Origin: Escherichia coli
Lineage (GTDB): Bacteria > Pseudomonadota > Gammaproteobacteria > Enterobacterales > Enterobacteriaceae
Assembly: GCF_003991155.1 (NCBI RefSeq)
Contig: NZ_CP031297.1
Length of the DNA stretch: 64,000 bases
Strand: one strand, 5' to 3'
The translations under genes and the position numbers were made by a program. Shown one piece after another: positions 53,950 to 63,168 of the stretch. The notes under the pieces were generated by a model, which worked only from the letters and a program-made list of their open reading frames with translations, was not told the DNA's origin and did no database searches. Numbering within the stretch: the stretch's first letter is position 1; the number at the start of each line of letters is the position of its first letter.

Positions 53950-54006
53950 CCCACGGGGCCGCTCTTCCTGATGGGAGACGGTCCTCCATTCTCAAAGGAG
54001 AAGACC

Positions 54007-54198
54007 ATGAAAGATCACAGTCAAACGATTGTGTTCCCTGGGAACAATGTTGAATCACTTGCTGAGGCTAACGCCATGTTGAGCGCTGTGTCGGAAGATG
54101 CACGTAAAGCCAGCAATACGGAAGACAAACGTGACCTTGAATCGCTTCAAGGCTGGCTGGAAGAGAACATCAATTCTCAACTGGCAGGCGTGAAGTAA
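54007..54198 (+). CDS. Small hypothetical protein (63 aa)
   Basis: ATG at 54007 with AAGGAG SD. Confidence 0.6.
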   Translation: MKDHSQTIVFPGNNVESLAEANAMLSAVSEDARKASNTEDKRDLESLQGWLEENINSQLAGVK

Positions 54199-54266
54199 CT
54201 ATGACTGTAACCCCACTGGGGGCTTCATGCCCCTGTGGGGGCATGGTGCCCGTAAAAGGAGTCACC

Positions 54267-54620
54267 ATGAATGCAGTGAAGATGATCCAGAAGGAAAACC
54301 AGCTTGAGCTGCCGCTTTTCTTCCTGGATGAAGAGCCGAAGACCGCAGAAGTCATTCCATTTGAGCCAAAGCCTGAATGGACTGATGATGAGGTAAGGCA
54401 GTTACGTGATGGGCTTTTATGGCATAGCCTTAGAGTCCTTGCTGATGGTCGAGCTGGAAGTGAAATCAAGCAGGAAACGATGGCTTGGGTGATGTCCGAT
54501 GAGGTACATCCATTCTCATTTGTGGTCTGCTGCGATGAAGCAGGTTACGATCCATCTGGAGTAAGGGAAGGCGTGAAGTCTATCCTAAACCGCTTAGCGC
54601 GGGTTAAAGCGGGGGGTTAA
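54267..54620 (+). CDS. Hypothetical protein
   Basis: ATG at 54267 with AAGGAG SD. Confidence 0.7.
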   Translation: MNAVKMIQKENQLELPLFFLDEEPKTAEVIPFEPKPEWTDDEVRQLRDGLLWHSLRVLADGRAGSEIKQETMAWVMSDEVHPFSFVVCCDEAGYDPSGVREGVKSILNRLARVKAGG

Positions 54621-54645
54621 CCCCCTGCTTTCCCAGTGGCATCGA

Positions 54646-54661
54646 CTTTCACATGTGAAAG
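54646..54661. promoter_or_regulatory. Palindrome CTTTCACATGTGAAAG (copy 4)
   Basis: Exact copy 20 bp upstream of leader element C copy 5. Confidence 0.5.
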
Positions 54662-54681
54662 TTTGTGCCCCTCGGAAAGCA

Positions 54682-54741
54682 AGATTTTGCTCTCTGTCGA
54701 GAGTGAATAGTGAGGTAGCTGGCCTCCCCAAACAAACAGCA
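54682..54741 (+). promoter_or_regulatory. Leader element C, copy 5 (stems CTCTC/GAGAG and GAGG/CCTC)
   Basis: Stem sequences differ from other copies while base pairing is kept. Confidence 0.5.
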
Positions 54742-54811
54742 TTCTACATAACCCTTGGGGGATCACTGCCCCTCGGGCTGGTGGTTCCCTGACAAACATG
54801 GAGCCACAACT

Positions 54812-55156
54812 ATGACTACTCTTGCCAGCTTTGCGAATCCGATTTCTGTTATTCAACGCTCACCAACCAGTGGGGTGTTTGGCACAAATCAGTTCGTAGG
54901 AGACAAAGAGGGATTTGTACAAAAGGTGCTCGGAAAGTGGTACTGCAATCCAGGGAATACCATTCCCGTTGAGAGCATGTCCCACCTTGAGCAGGCGGAG
55001 AAACTGTATGACTTCTATGTCAAGTATCTCCAAGTGAAAGAAAAGATCTCTGTGAACCTTGGCCGGGTGCTGCATAAGCTGTACAGCACTGGTTCTATCA
55101 AGGAAGCAGAGATCGTGCTTGAAGCAATAAAGGCTCAGGCTGGCGTAACAGCTTGA
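54812..55156 (+). CDS. Hypothetical protein
   Basis: ATG at 54812 with GGAG SD. Confidence 0.7.
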   Translation: MTTLASFANPISVIQRSPTSGVFGTNQFVGDKEGFVQKVLGKWYCNPGNTIPVESMSHLEQAEKLYDFYVKYLQVKEKISVNLGRVLHKLYSTGSIKEAEIVLEAIKAQAGVTA

Positions 55157-55164
55157 GCAATCTA

Positions 55165-55233
55165 CTAACCCTAAACCGGGTGCATCCGCCCGGTTCGGGA
55201 CGTGGTGCGCCCCCAAACTATTTGGAGTGCATC
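55165..55233 (+). repeat. Intercistronic hairpin/leader identical over about 60 bp to the leader at 46498..46577
   Basis: CCGGGYGCATCCGCCCGGTTCGGGACGTGGTGCGCCCCCAA...TTGGAGTGCATC shared. Confidence 0.6.
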
Positions 55234-55536
55234 ATGGAAAAACATAACCTCAAATCCGGATTCAGCATCTATTTCGCTGACGTCCATTTCGAGAAACAAG
55301 TCTACGCATTCGGCTCAGGACTTGGCTTCACCTCTGTGATTTACGCCTACTCGCTGGGCCGAGATCCGGAAGAAGCTGAGAAGCTGGCGCTTGAAAAGTA
55401 CGACTCTGACGAAACGAAGGTGAAGAAGGTGCATGTCAATCTGGCTCGCAGCCAGGACATCAACCGCTACACCTTCCCTGAACAAATGGCTGGCTTTGCT
55501 AATGCCATTCAGTCTCACGGCATCGCTGTGAACTGA
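55234..55536 (+). CDS. Hypothetical protein
   Basis: ATG at 55234 with GGAG SD. Confidence 0.7.
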   Translation: MEKHNLKSGFSIYFADVHFEKQVYAFGSGLGFTSVIYAYSLGRDPEEAEKLALEKYDSDETKVKKVHVNLARSQDINRYTFPEQMAGFANAIQSHGIAVN

Positions 55537-55613
55537 GAACCACTTTAAACCCATCGGGGCCATTACTTCCCGATTGGGACGGTAGTGGCCTCTCAACCGA
55601 AAGGAGAGAGCTC

Positions 55614-57239
55614 ATGGCTACTATCGTAAACACCAAGTTAGGAGAACATCGAGGCAAGAAGCGCGTCTGGCTGGAAGGCCAAAAGCTACTGCGTGAAGGT
55701 TACTATCCTGGCATGAAGTATGATCTGGAGCTGAAAGATTCCCAGGTTGTGCTTCGCGTCAAAGAGGAGGGTAAGTTCACCATCAGTAAGCGTGAGCGCA
55801 ATGGCCGGGTGTCTCCAATCATCGATCTGACCGTGCAGGAGCTTGCTACCGTTTTTGACGGTGTAGAGATGCTCCGCGTGTTCATCCGTAACGGCGCAAT
55901 TGTGATCTCTGCTCACCATCAACAAGAGCGAGTGATCGAGCGCGTCAACCGGCTTATCAGTAAGCTGGAGAATGGAGAATCGCTTTCGGTATGCAGCCTC
56001 TTTCATGGGGGTGGTGTGCTTGATAAAGCGATTCACGCCGGTTTTCACAAGGCGGGAATTGCCAGTGCCATATCTGTGGCCGTGGAGATGGAAGGGAAAT
56101 ATCTCGATTCGTCTTTGGCAAATAACCCGGAGCTTTGGAACGAAGATTCTATTGTTATCGAATCGCCAATCCAGGCTGTGAATCTCAGCAAACGCCCACC
56201 ACAGGTGGATGTTTTGATGGGGGGCATACCGTGTACCGGCGCGTCAAAGTCAGGTCGCAGTAAGAACAAGTTGGAGTTTGCCGAATCGCATGAGGCGGCA
56301 GGTGCCATGTTCTTCAACTTCCTGCAATTCGTAGAAGCGCTAAACCCAGCCGTTGTGCTGATTGAGAACGTGCCTGAGTACCAGAACACCGCTTCGATGG
56401 AAGTGATTCGTTCGGTGCTCTCTTCGTTGGGTTACTCCCTACAAGAGCGCATTCTCGACGGCAATGAGTTTGGGGTTATTGAGCGCCGCAAGCGTCTTTG
56501 TGTTGTTGCGCTTTCCCACGGGATCGACGGGTTTGAACTTGAGAAGGTTCAGCCTGTTCGCACCAAGGAAAGTCGCATACAGGACATCCTGGAGCCAGTT
56601 CCGCTCGATTCTGAACGTTGGAAGTCATTTGACTATCTGGCTGAGAAGGAGTTGAGAGACAAAGCTGCTGGCAAGGGGTTCTCTCGCCAGCTTCTGACTG
56701 GCGACGATGAGTTTTGCGGCACCATAGGTAAGGACTATGCAAAATGCAGAAGTACCGAACCTTTCATTGTTCATCCAGAACAGCCGGAGTTGTCTCGCAT
56801 CTTTACACCGACAGAACATTGTCGAGTGAAAGGGATACCAGAGGAACTCATCCAAGGTCTGTCGGACACTATTGCCCACCAGATTCTCGGGCAATCGGTA
56901 GTCTTTCCCGCGTTCGAGGCTTTAGCCCTCGCATTAGGGAACAGCCTGTGGAGCTGGGTTGGAATGATGCCAATCATGGTCGAAGTCGTGGATGAATCAC
57001 AGCCGGTGATCGGTGGTGAAGACTTCCATTGGGCAACGGCATTGGTTGACGCAAAGGGCACTCTCAAGCTGTCACCGGCAGCGAAAAAACAGGGGATGCC
57101 CTTCAACATTATGGATGGTCAATTGGCTGTCTATTCACCTAACGGAACTAAAAAGAGCTGCGGCCATGAGCCTTGCGAATATCTCCCGGTAATGATGTCC
57201 GGAGACGCAATCATGGTCACTTCATCTTTGGTTCATTAG
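55614..57239 (+). CDS. DNA (cytosine-5)-methyltransferase-like protein with N-terminal AbrB/MazE-like domain (paralog of 3591..5018)
   Basis: Motifs LFHGGG (I), GGIPCTGAS (PC), ENVPEY (ENV), RRKRLCVVA (VIII), LGQSVV (X). Confidence 0.85.
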   Translation: MATIVNTKLGEHRGKKRVWLEGQKLLREGYYPGMKYDLELKDSQVVLRVKEEGKFTISKRERNGRVSPIIDLTVQELATVFDGVEMLRVFIRNGAIVISAHHQQERVIERVNRLISKLENGESLSVCSLFHGGGVLDKAIHAGFHKAGIASAISVAVEMEGKYLDSSLANNPELWNEDSIVIESPIQAVNLSKRPPQVDVLMGGIPCTGASKSGRSKNKLEFAESHEAAGAMFFNFLQFVEALNPAVVLIENVPEYQNTASMEVIRSVLSSLGYSLQERILDGNEFGVIERRKRLCVVALSHGIDGFELEKVQPVRTKESRIQDILEPVPLDSERWKSFDYLAEKELRDKAAGKGFSRQLLTGDDEFCGTIGKDYAKCRSTEPFIVHPEQPELSRIFTPTEHCRVKGIPEELIQGLSDTIAHQILGQSVVFPAFEALALALGNSLWSWVGMMPIMVEVVDESQPVIGGEDFHWATALVDAKGTLKLSPAAKKQGMPFNIMDGQLAVYSPNGTKKSCGHEPCEYLPVMMSGDAIMVTSSLVH

Positions 57240-57299
57240 TAACTCACCGGGGCAATGCCGAAAGGCCTTTGCTCCGGCCTATCCGAAAGGAGAGTAATC

Positions 57300-57731
57300 A
57301 TGAAAATCGAAACTGTTGTGCCTTTACCTCCCGAGGATTCAGGCCTTCAACACTGCATTGCCAGGTTCCATAACCGCAACATGGATTCCAAGCGAAAAGA
57401 CAAGACCCGTTTTTTCAGGAGGGAGCCGGTTATGATCGTAAACCCAGAGACCAAAGCAAAGGTTCTCCGGTATGCGATGGGCAACCCTGGGAATTTATCC
57501 ATCACAAAGCTGGCGGTCGCGCTGGATTACGATGCGGTAGATGCTCTGGGTGTTCGTTTTAAAGACACTGTAAATCTTGAGGTTCGCAGAGCCAGGCGCT
57601 GGGAAGTCTGGCAGTGGTTCTGGAACCATCCGGATCAAAGTGTCCAACTGTCAATCAAATTGGGCGTGGTTGGCGCTGTGTTGGGAGTCATGGGCTTCCT
57701 GACTGGCGTAGCTCCGTACCTCTTGGGATAA
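57300..57731 (+). CDS. Hypothetical protein with C-terminal TM helix
   Basis: ATG at 57300 with AAGGAGAG SD. Confidence 0.7.
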   Translation: MKIETVVPLPPEDSGLQHCIARFHNRNMDSKRKDKTRFFRREPVMIVNPETKAKVLRYAMGNPGNLSITKLAVALDYDAVDALGVRFKDTVNLEVRRARRWEVWQWFWNHPDQSVQLSIKLGVVGAVLGVMGFLTGVAPYLLG

Positions 57732-57804
57732 ACCAATAAAGCCGTTAACGGGCAATGTAAGTCCGGAGACGGCTTGCATTGCTCTCTCGAAAGTGGAGAG
57801 TCAA

Positions 57805-58359
57805 ATGAACACATTAGAACAACTTGTAAATCAGAGAGTGCTTGAGGAAGGTCTGAAAAAGGCGAAGCCATTGGCCGCGCAAATGGGGCTTGAATCTGTA
57901 CCTGATGAGATGCTTGAAATGATCTGCCCAAACTTGAACTACTCTGGGCAGTTTACGCCAGCTCTGTACGCGAGATTTCAAAGCGTAAAGCGATTACTGA
58001 AAGAGTTGTCGGAACAAACCTCACCTAAGCACGGGCATATTGTGAAGTTTACCAACCAATATGGGAGCTACGATGAGTCAGCTTTGCTGTTCAAAGAAGG
58101 CGACGTCAGAAACCAGAACTTGGTTGCTTGTGTGGGCGGGAAGACGATAAATCTCGGAGAGCTAGAGCTTCGAGATTATGGGCTCAATATGCACATCGGT
58201 TGCGGTGGACCATTTGAGCCGATCTCAGAAGCGCAGATTCAGTCCTTGTCTGAGTTTGACTTCTATGAGACGACCTACAGATTCTGGGGCCAGAATCCAT
58301 GTGGAAACGGGATGATAGACATCACCGTCCCTATGAAACGTTGGTTCTTGACTGTGTAG
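57805..58359 (+). CDS. Hypothetical protein
   Basis: ATG at 57805 with GGAGA SD. Confidence 0.75.
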   Translation: MNTLEQLVNQRVLEEGLKKAKPLAAQMGLESVPDEMLEMICPNLNYSGQFTPALYARFQSVKRLLKELSEQTSPKHGHIVKFTNQYGSYDESALLFKEGDVRNQNLVACVGGKTINLGELELRDYGLNMHIGCGGPFEPISEAQIQSLSEFDFYETTYRFWGQNPCGNGMIDITVPMKRWFLTV

Positions 58360-58454
58360 CTTCAACCTGAGTGCGCCGAGAAATCGGCGTACCGGCCCCT
58401 TAAAAAGGGTAATCAGCGCAGGGGGAAACCCCGCGCTTTCCCAAGCATCTCGGT

Positions 58455-58523
58455 TTCCCAGGGTGCTTCGGAAAGTGCCTTAGGCGCTCAAGTGCGGTAG
58501 CTGGCTGCCAAAAACAAACAGCA
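58455..58523 (+). promoter_or_regulatory. Leader element C, copy 6
   Basis: GCGGTAGCTGGCTGCCAAAAACAAACAGCA. Confidence 0.45.
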
Positions 58524-58591
58524 AATTATCAACCCTGACGGGAGCACCTCCTGTTAGGGGGGCTCCGTCATAAACTGAACGGAGATATAGC

Positions 58592-58978
58592 ATGTCTAAA
58601 AACGTCAACGATGTTTTTTCAAACCGAACTTCTTTGGAATGTACTGTGAATGCAGCGCTGGATCGTCGTATCGGTCTGCGTGTCGGGTTCCCTCATTACA
58701 GAGAAGGAGCAAACGGTGTGGTTTGTGAGATCGAAGCAGAGTACCCATTGCTCAACACTCATTCGAGTGTTGCATGGCCCCTGCTCGATGAACTCAACAG
58801 TTACACCATCCAAAAAAACCAATCGCTCATTGATCACATTGATAATGCGGTCGCTGAACTGTTGAAACACAAGGCTCGTCTACAGCTTGATATTCAAAAG
58901 CTGCAAGACGGTGACATTGATCTGGTGAAACAGGCCAAGCAGCAATACGAAGACAACCAGATGTCGAGTAGCAGCTAG
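58592..58978 (+). CDS. Hypothetical protein
   Basis: GGAGA SD; 128 aa. Confidence 0.75.
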   Translation: MSKNVNDVFSNRTSLECTVNAALDRRIGLRVGFPHYREGANGVVCEIEAEYPLLNTHSSVAWPLLDELNSYTIQKNQSLIDHIDNAVAELLKHKARLQLDIQKLQDGDIDLVKQAKQQYEDNQMSSSS

Positions 58979-59065
58979 TTCAGGTCTGATAGCCAGGATT
59001 CAATTTTAACCCTACCGGGGTGCTTTCCCGGAAGGGATGGGCACCCTGCTAATCCAGGAGGCCCT

Positions 59066-61519
59066 ATGCAACAAACATTAAACTTTGATCTATCAGAACA
59101 ACCCATCCCAGTGCTTTTGCGTGGGGATAAGTGGGATTCTGTTTGGTCAGAACTGACTGATAACGAGGATTTGAACTTCGTTGATGCCAGTAGAGGAACC
59201 AGTCTGTCATCGTTGATCACGTCATCGGTTGAGTCCATTCACACGGCCTTAATTGATGGGTGGACCATGATGATCGGCTATTCCAGTGGTAAAGATTCTG
59301 AAACGGTCTTGCACCTGTTCCTGATGGCCCTGATCCGGGCTGTAAGGAGTGGGGCGACCATCAGCCAGCACCACTTCATCTTGCACACTGACACACTGAT
59401 CGAAAGCCCAGAGGTAAGGTGGCTGGCGGATCAGAAACTGGCCGAGCTGGAGCGTTTCATTGCGAAGGAAAACCTTCCTCTGACCATCGTTCTAGCAAAG
59501 CCTGGGATCTCGCAGAGTTGGACGGGCCGAATCCTTACTGGGAGGGGGTTGCCTACGTTTTCCAACTCCACGGCCCGCCAGTGTAGCCAGGATTTAAAAA
59601 TCACCTCTGCCAAAAGAGCGAAGGCAGCTTATATGCGAGAGCTTCCCAAAGAGGTTCGACAGAAAGTCTGCCTTTTGCTGGGCAGTCGTGATGCTGAAAG
59701 CACTATTCGTGCGGCCAACATTGCAAAACAGCGAGGAAGCTCAGATCGCGTCATTAAGACGAAAGATGGGGGTGAGCTGTATGTGGTGAAAAACTGGTTG
59801 GCGAGTGATGTCTGGGAGTTCTTACTATCCGCTGGCATGGGCTCAGCATATCCTCTGCCAAGTTACTTGGAGAGCAATGTCACTACGGCAGAGCTTTACA
59901 AGGCGGCAACAGGGGAGTGCGTGTGGTCGGCAACAGAGAAGAAGGCCAGTGACGCCTGTGGCGCTCGCTTCGGTTGCTGGGCTTGCCAGGCTGTTGGGTT
60001 GGATAAGTCAATGGAGACGTTGCTTGCCACGGACCCTGAAAGGCATGGCTATATGTCGGGGCTGAACCGCATCCAGCGCTACTTGGCAAAACGCCGGTAC
60101 GCATGGGAAGACCGCCATCCCGTAGGTCGAACGATTTACGAGGGCGGATACATCAAAATACAGCCGGACGTTTACAGTCCTGTTTTCCTAGAACGATTGC
60201 TTCATGTCTGTTGCAGCATGGACTACATGGAGCAAAAGAGAGCTGATGAGCTGGCATACAAGCTGGCTACTGGTCAAGCAGAGGATAACGACTGGAACCG
60301 TCGAATGGCAGAGCCACAATTCCGGATCATATCGGAAGAGGCTTTAGTCCATATCGACTTCATGTGGGCCTTCCATCATTTCAATGATAAGCCTTTCCAT
60401 GCCCTGGAGATTTACCACAGGGTTTGGTCGATGGGTGATCTGGACTTGCTGGAAGACGAGCCGCAGTGTGAAACCGTTCCTCAGTCACCAATTCCGAAGC
60501 CATTGTGGTTGAAGGTTGGTCGCTGGGGCGATGGTTCGCTTTCTGATGGCTTGGCCGATCCGTTAGCGGAAATGGCTTACTTTGACGGCGGGGATGACCC
60601 GTTGGCAGCGCAAGTGATCAATACCGCAGACGGAAAGAGAAGGGTGGTTTGCTTCGCAGAAGATGATGAAGTGAAAGTCGATCCCGACTCCGCTGCGTTC
60701 ATCATCTGGAACGAATACCCGCGACTAAGGGAGTCTGTACTAAAGGGACATTATACGCCCGGTAGTGCAGCGCAGTTCTACCTTCGGTTCGGAGCAATCC
60801 AGCTTGCGAAAGGAAAAGGCGCTTTGTATCACCGTATGATGCAAAGAGGTCAAACCTACCACCAGATGGGCCTTACAGGGCTACAGACGATGGAAGGAAT
60901 CCAACAGCGCAAGGATGTCAAAGTGCTTAGCGATGCTAAGTACAAAGATCTGGTGAAGCGAAAAATCAAGGGAAGACTGGCAACGGTACGCTGGTGGGTC
61001 AACTTGCACTTAACGTTCAAGTACCATCTGCACCACCGTACTCCGACGGGGTTGTTCATCGAGAAGCAACTTGACCAGGAAGCAATGGAAGAACAGAAAC
61101 GGCATCAGGAGCGATGGTTTAACTACGTGACTGACGCGATGCTTTGTTACTCCAGCGCATTCTGTATGAGCGTCATGGAAGGGCGAGAGGGGAGCGGAAA
61201 CGCCAACATTCGTCGTTACATGGCCGCGACCAGAAGGAAGGCTTATACGGCCCTCTGCGAGCTCTTGGACAATACTGACGCCCAGTGGATGAATGATGTG
61301 GTCCAGAGTGCCGTAGGGCAGTATGAGGCGATACAGGCAGCCCTAACCGAAGGTTCCGCGCTTGCTATCTATCTCGACTGGATCAACCTACTGTCAAAAC
61401 GCCATCCAGCCTCTTTGGAGCGACATGTCAGAACGATGATCAAGGCGGTTCAACGCTTACATCGCCGCGACGACACAGAGTTGCAAAGAGGACAGCAAGG
61501 CTTGTCCTTGGCCGCATAA
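59066..61519 (+). CDS. PP-loop ATP pyrophosphatase family protein (PAPS reductase/DndC-like N-domain) with long C-terminal extension
   Basis: 817 aa; PP-loop IGYSSGKDS; Cys cluster CGARFGCWAC; AGGAGG SD. Confidence 0.85.
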   Translation: MQQTLNFDLSEQPIPVLLRGDKWDSVWSELTDNEDLNFVDASRGTSLSSLITSSVESIHTALIDGWTMMIGYSSGKDSETVLHLFLMALIRAVRSGATISQHHFILHTDTLIESPEVRWLADQKLAELERFIAKENLPLTIVLAKPGISQSWTGRILTGRGLPTFSNSTARQCSQDLKITSAKRAKAAYMRELPKEVRQKVCLLLGSRDAESTIRAANIAKQRGSSDRVIKTKDGGELYVVKNWLASDVWEFLLSAGMGSAYPLPSYLESNVTTAELYKAATGECVWSATEKKASDACGARFGCWACQAVGLDKSMETLLATDPERHGYMSGLNRIQRYLAKRRYAWEDRHPVGRTIYEGGYIKIQPDVYSPVFLERLLHVCCSMDYMEQKRADELAYKLATGQAEDNDWNRRMAEPQFRIISEEALVHIDFMWAFHHFNDKPFHALEIYHRVWSMGDLDLLEDEPQCETVPQSPIPKPLWLKVGRWGDGSLSDGLADPLAEMAYFDGGDDPLAAQVINTADGKRRVVCFAEDDEVKVDPDSAAFIIWNEYPRLRESVLKGHYTPGSAAQFYLRFGAIQLAKGKGALYHRMMQRGQTYHQMGLTGLQTMEGIQQRKDVKVLSDAKYKDLVKRKIKGRLATVRWWVNLHLTFKYHLHHRTPTGLFIEKQLDQEAMEEQKRHQERWFNYVTDAMLCYSSAFCMSVMEGREGSGNANIRRYMAATRRKAYTALCELLDNTDAQWMNDVVQSAVGQYEAIQAALTEGSALAIYLDWINLLSKRHPASLERHVRTMIKAVQRLHRRDDTELQRGQQGLSLAA

Positions 61520-61520
61520 A

Positions 61521-61550
61521 AAGCCCTCCTTCGGGAGGGCTTTTTCTTTT
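61521..61550 (+). terminator. Intrinsic terminator (AGCCCTCC-ttcg-GGAGGGCT + T-run)
   Basis: Perfect hairpin + TTTTTCTTTT. Confidence 0.75.
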
Positions 61551-61580
61551 GCACCCCAAAAGGGCAATTACAGCGTTTTA
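61547..61580 (+). promoter_or_regulatory. Motif B (GCACCCC-AAAA-GGGC ... TTACAGCG), copy 8
   Basis: Immediately after terminator. Confidence 0.4.
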
Positions 61581-61599
61581 CCCTTTTAGGTGGCTGTCA

Positions 61600-61657
61600 T
61601 ACTCTTTGTTCATTGTCAGCGCTTGCTGGCTATAACGGTAGCTGGCCCAAAACAGCA
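61600..61657 (+). promoter_or_regulatory. Leader element C, copy 7 (divergent)
   Basis: GGTAGCTGGCCCAAAACAGCA. Confidence 0.35.
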
Positions 61658-61720
61658 ATAACCTAACCCCTCGGGAGGAAACCCCTCCTGGGTTCTCTCC
61701 CACAAACAAAGGAGAGAAGC

Positions 61721-61924
61721 ATGAGCCTAGACAAGTTAAGTCGGCTGGTGGACCAACAACGAAAGATCCAGGATGAAATCGACAATGAAATCATTCTGGC
61801 CGTCAAAGAGGTGTTGGCTACAAACTCAGTCGGTTTAGCCCGTGAGCTTGTTGGGGGTGTCCCGCAAGATCATCCATTCCATCCGTTTTTACTCGCTATA
61901 GCTAAGCAGCTTGACCCGAGATAA
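61721..61924 (+). CDS. Small hypothetical protein (67 aa)
   Basis: AAGGAGAGAAG SD. Confidence 0.65.
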   Translation: MSLDKLSRLVDQQRKIQDEIDNEIILAVKEVLATNSVGLARELVGGVPQDHPFHPFLLAIAKQLDPR

Positions 61925-61995
61925 CTAAGTAACCCAACCGGGTACACCAAGGCCCGGTCGGCTTTGGTGTACCTCCAACCAATTTTGGAGGCACT

Positions 61996-62601
61996 ATGTC
62001 TAATTCAAATTTCGGCTTTCTAGCTCTGGCCTTGCGCCAACGCCTGATCAAACGCTGGTCACTGATGCACTCTGTTCAACCGGAGTCTGTGTTGGAACAC
62101 AGCGCTGTTGTTACCCTGCTTTCCTACCTGGCTGGCAATATTGCCATTCAGCAAGGGAAGTCGGTGGATCTGGCAGTCATGCTTGCTCATGCTTCGTTGC
62201 ATGATGCAGCCGAGGTTCTCTGTTCGGATGTTGTAACACCGGTCAAGAAAGCAAACGCTGTTTTGCAGCGTGAGTTTGAACGACTGGAAAAGGCCGCAGA
62301 GGACAAACTCATCCAGACTCTTCCCGAAGAACTCCAGGATGCAGTCGCCATAGCCTTCGCTCCCGGTGGCTATGAACAATCACTGGTTAAGGCCTGTGAT
62401 ACCTACTCCGCTTACATCAAGTGCAAACTTGAGGTGGCCGCAGGTAATGGCCTTGAGTTCCAGGATGCTCTCAGCAAAATGGAACGTGTTGTTGCTCAGG
62501 TGAAATCGGACTTCCCGGAAATCGACGCTCTGGACAAATGGTTTGGTAACGGACTCGGCCATTCAGTAGATAAACTGCTGGCAGGGGGTAACGATGACTA
62601 A
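61996..62601 (+). CDS. HD-domain 5'-deoxynucleotidase, YfbR-like
   Basis: Aligns along its length with E. coli YfbR as recalled: RWSLM...SVLEHS...SLHDAAEVL...TPVKK...LVKACDTYSAYIKC. Confidence 0.85.
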   Translation: MSNSNFGFLALALRQRLIKRWSLMHSVQPESVLEHSAVVTLLSYLAGNIAIQQGKSVDLAVMLAHASLHDAAEVLCSDVVTPVKKANAVLQREFERLEKAAEDKLIQTLPEELQDAVAIAFAPGGYEQSLVKACDTYSAYIKCKLEVAAGNGLEFQDALSKMERVVAQVKSDFPEIDALDKWFGNGLGHSVDKLLAGGNDD

Positions 62602-62863
62602 TCCAATCCCTGGCGACATCAAGATTAAGGACTTTGGCCGCGACCGGAAATTCCGTTCGGTTGATGAGCTTCAAAGCACTTTGTCAGAACAGTACAAAGG
62701 TCAGCATGTCAGCATCGTTTACCCTGCAAAGCCCAGCGGTTTACTCCGCACGGTTTTTGTCAGTGTCGATGATGCTGGTGGCGTGAATCGAACCTATGGG
62801 GACCAGTCTCCTGTCGATTTTTCTGCCATCAAAGATGACCTGTATGTACCAAGTGACCTGTAG
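62594..62863 (+). CDS. Hypothetical protein
   Basis: GGGGGTAA SD; overlaps preceding stop. Confidence 0.65.
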   Translation: MTNPIPGDIKIKDFGRDRKFRSVDELQSTLSEQYKGQHVSIVYPAKPSGLLRTVFVSVDDAGGVNRTYGDQSPVDFSAIKDDLYVPSDL

Positions 62864-62876
62864 GAGAGCACTAGCT

Positions 62877-63095
62877 ATGGTGGTGATCATCGTAAACACA
62901 GGACACTATGAGTTTATCGGCCTTGGTGAGACCCACGGACAAGCCACAGAAGGGCTTTTGAAACGCTGGGACGAACACTGCGAACGTAATCCGGATGCTG
63001 AGTCTGGTTACATGCAGGAGCTGATAGAAGAAGGAAGCGCACAAGTTGTCGAGATGGAGCCCGGCTCCGCCGTAATTTACGGACTTGACGGCTAA
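62877..63095 (+). CDS. Small hypothetical protein (72 aa)
   Basis: ATG at 62877 with AGGAGA SD. Confidence 0.5.
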   Translation: MVVIIVNTGHYEFIGLGETHGQATEGLLKRWDEHCERNPDAESGYMQELIEEGSAQVVEMEPGSAVIYGLDG

Positions 63096-63168
63096 GCCTT
63101 CTCAACTAACCCACTCGGGCGCATCATCCCGAGAGGGTGTGGTGCGTCCTAACCAAAAGGAATGCACT

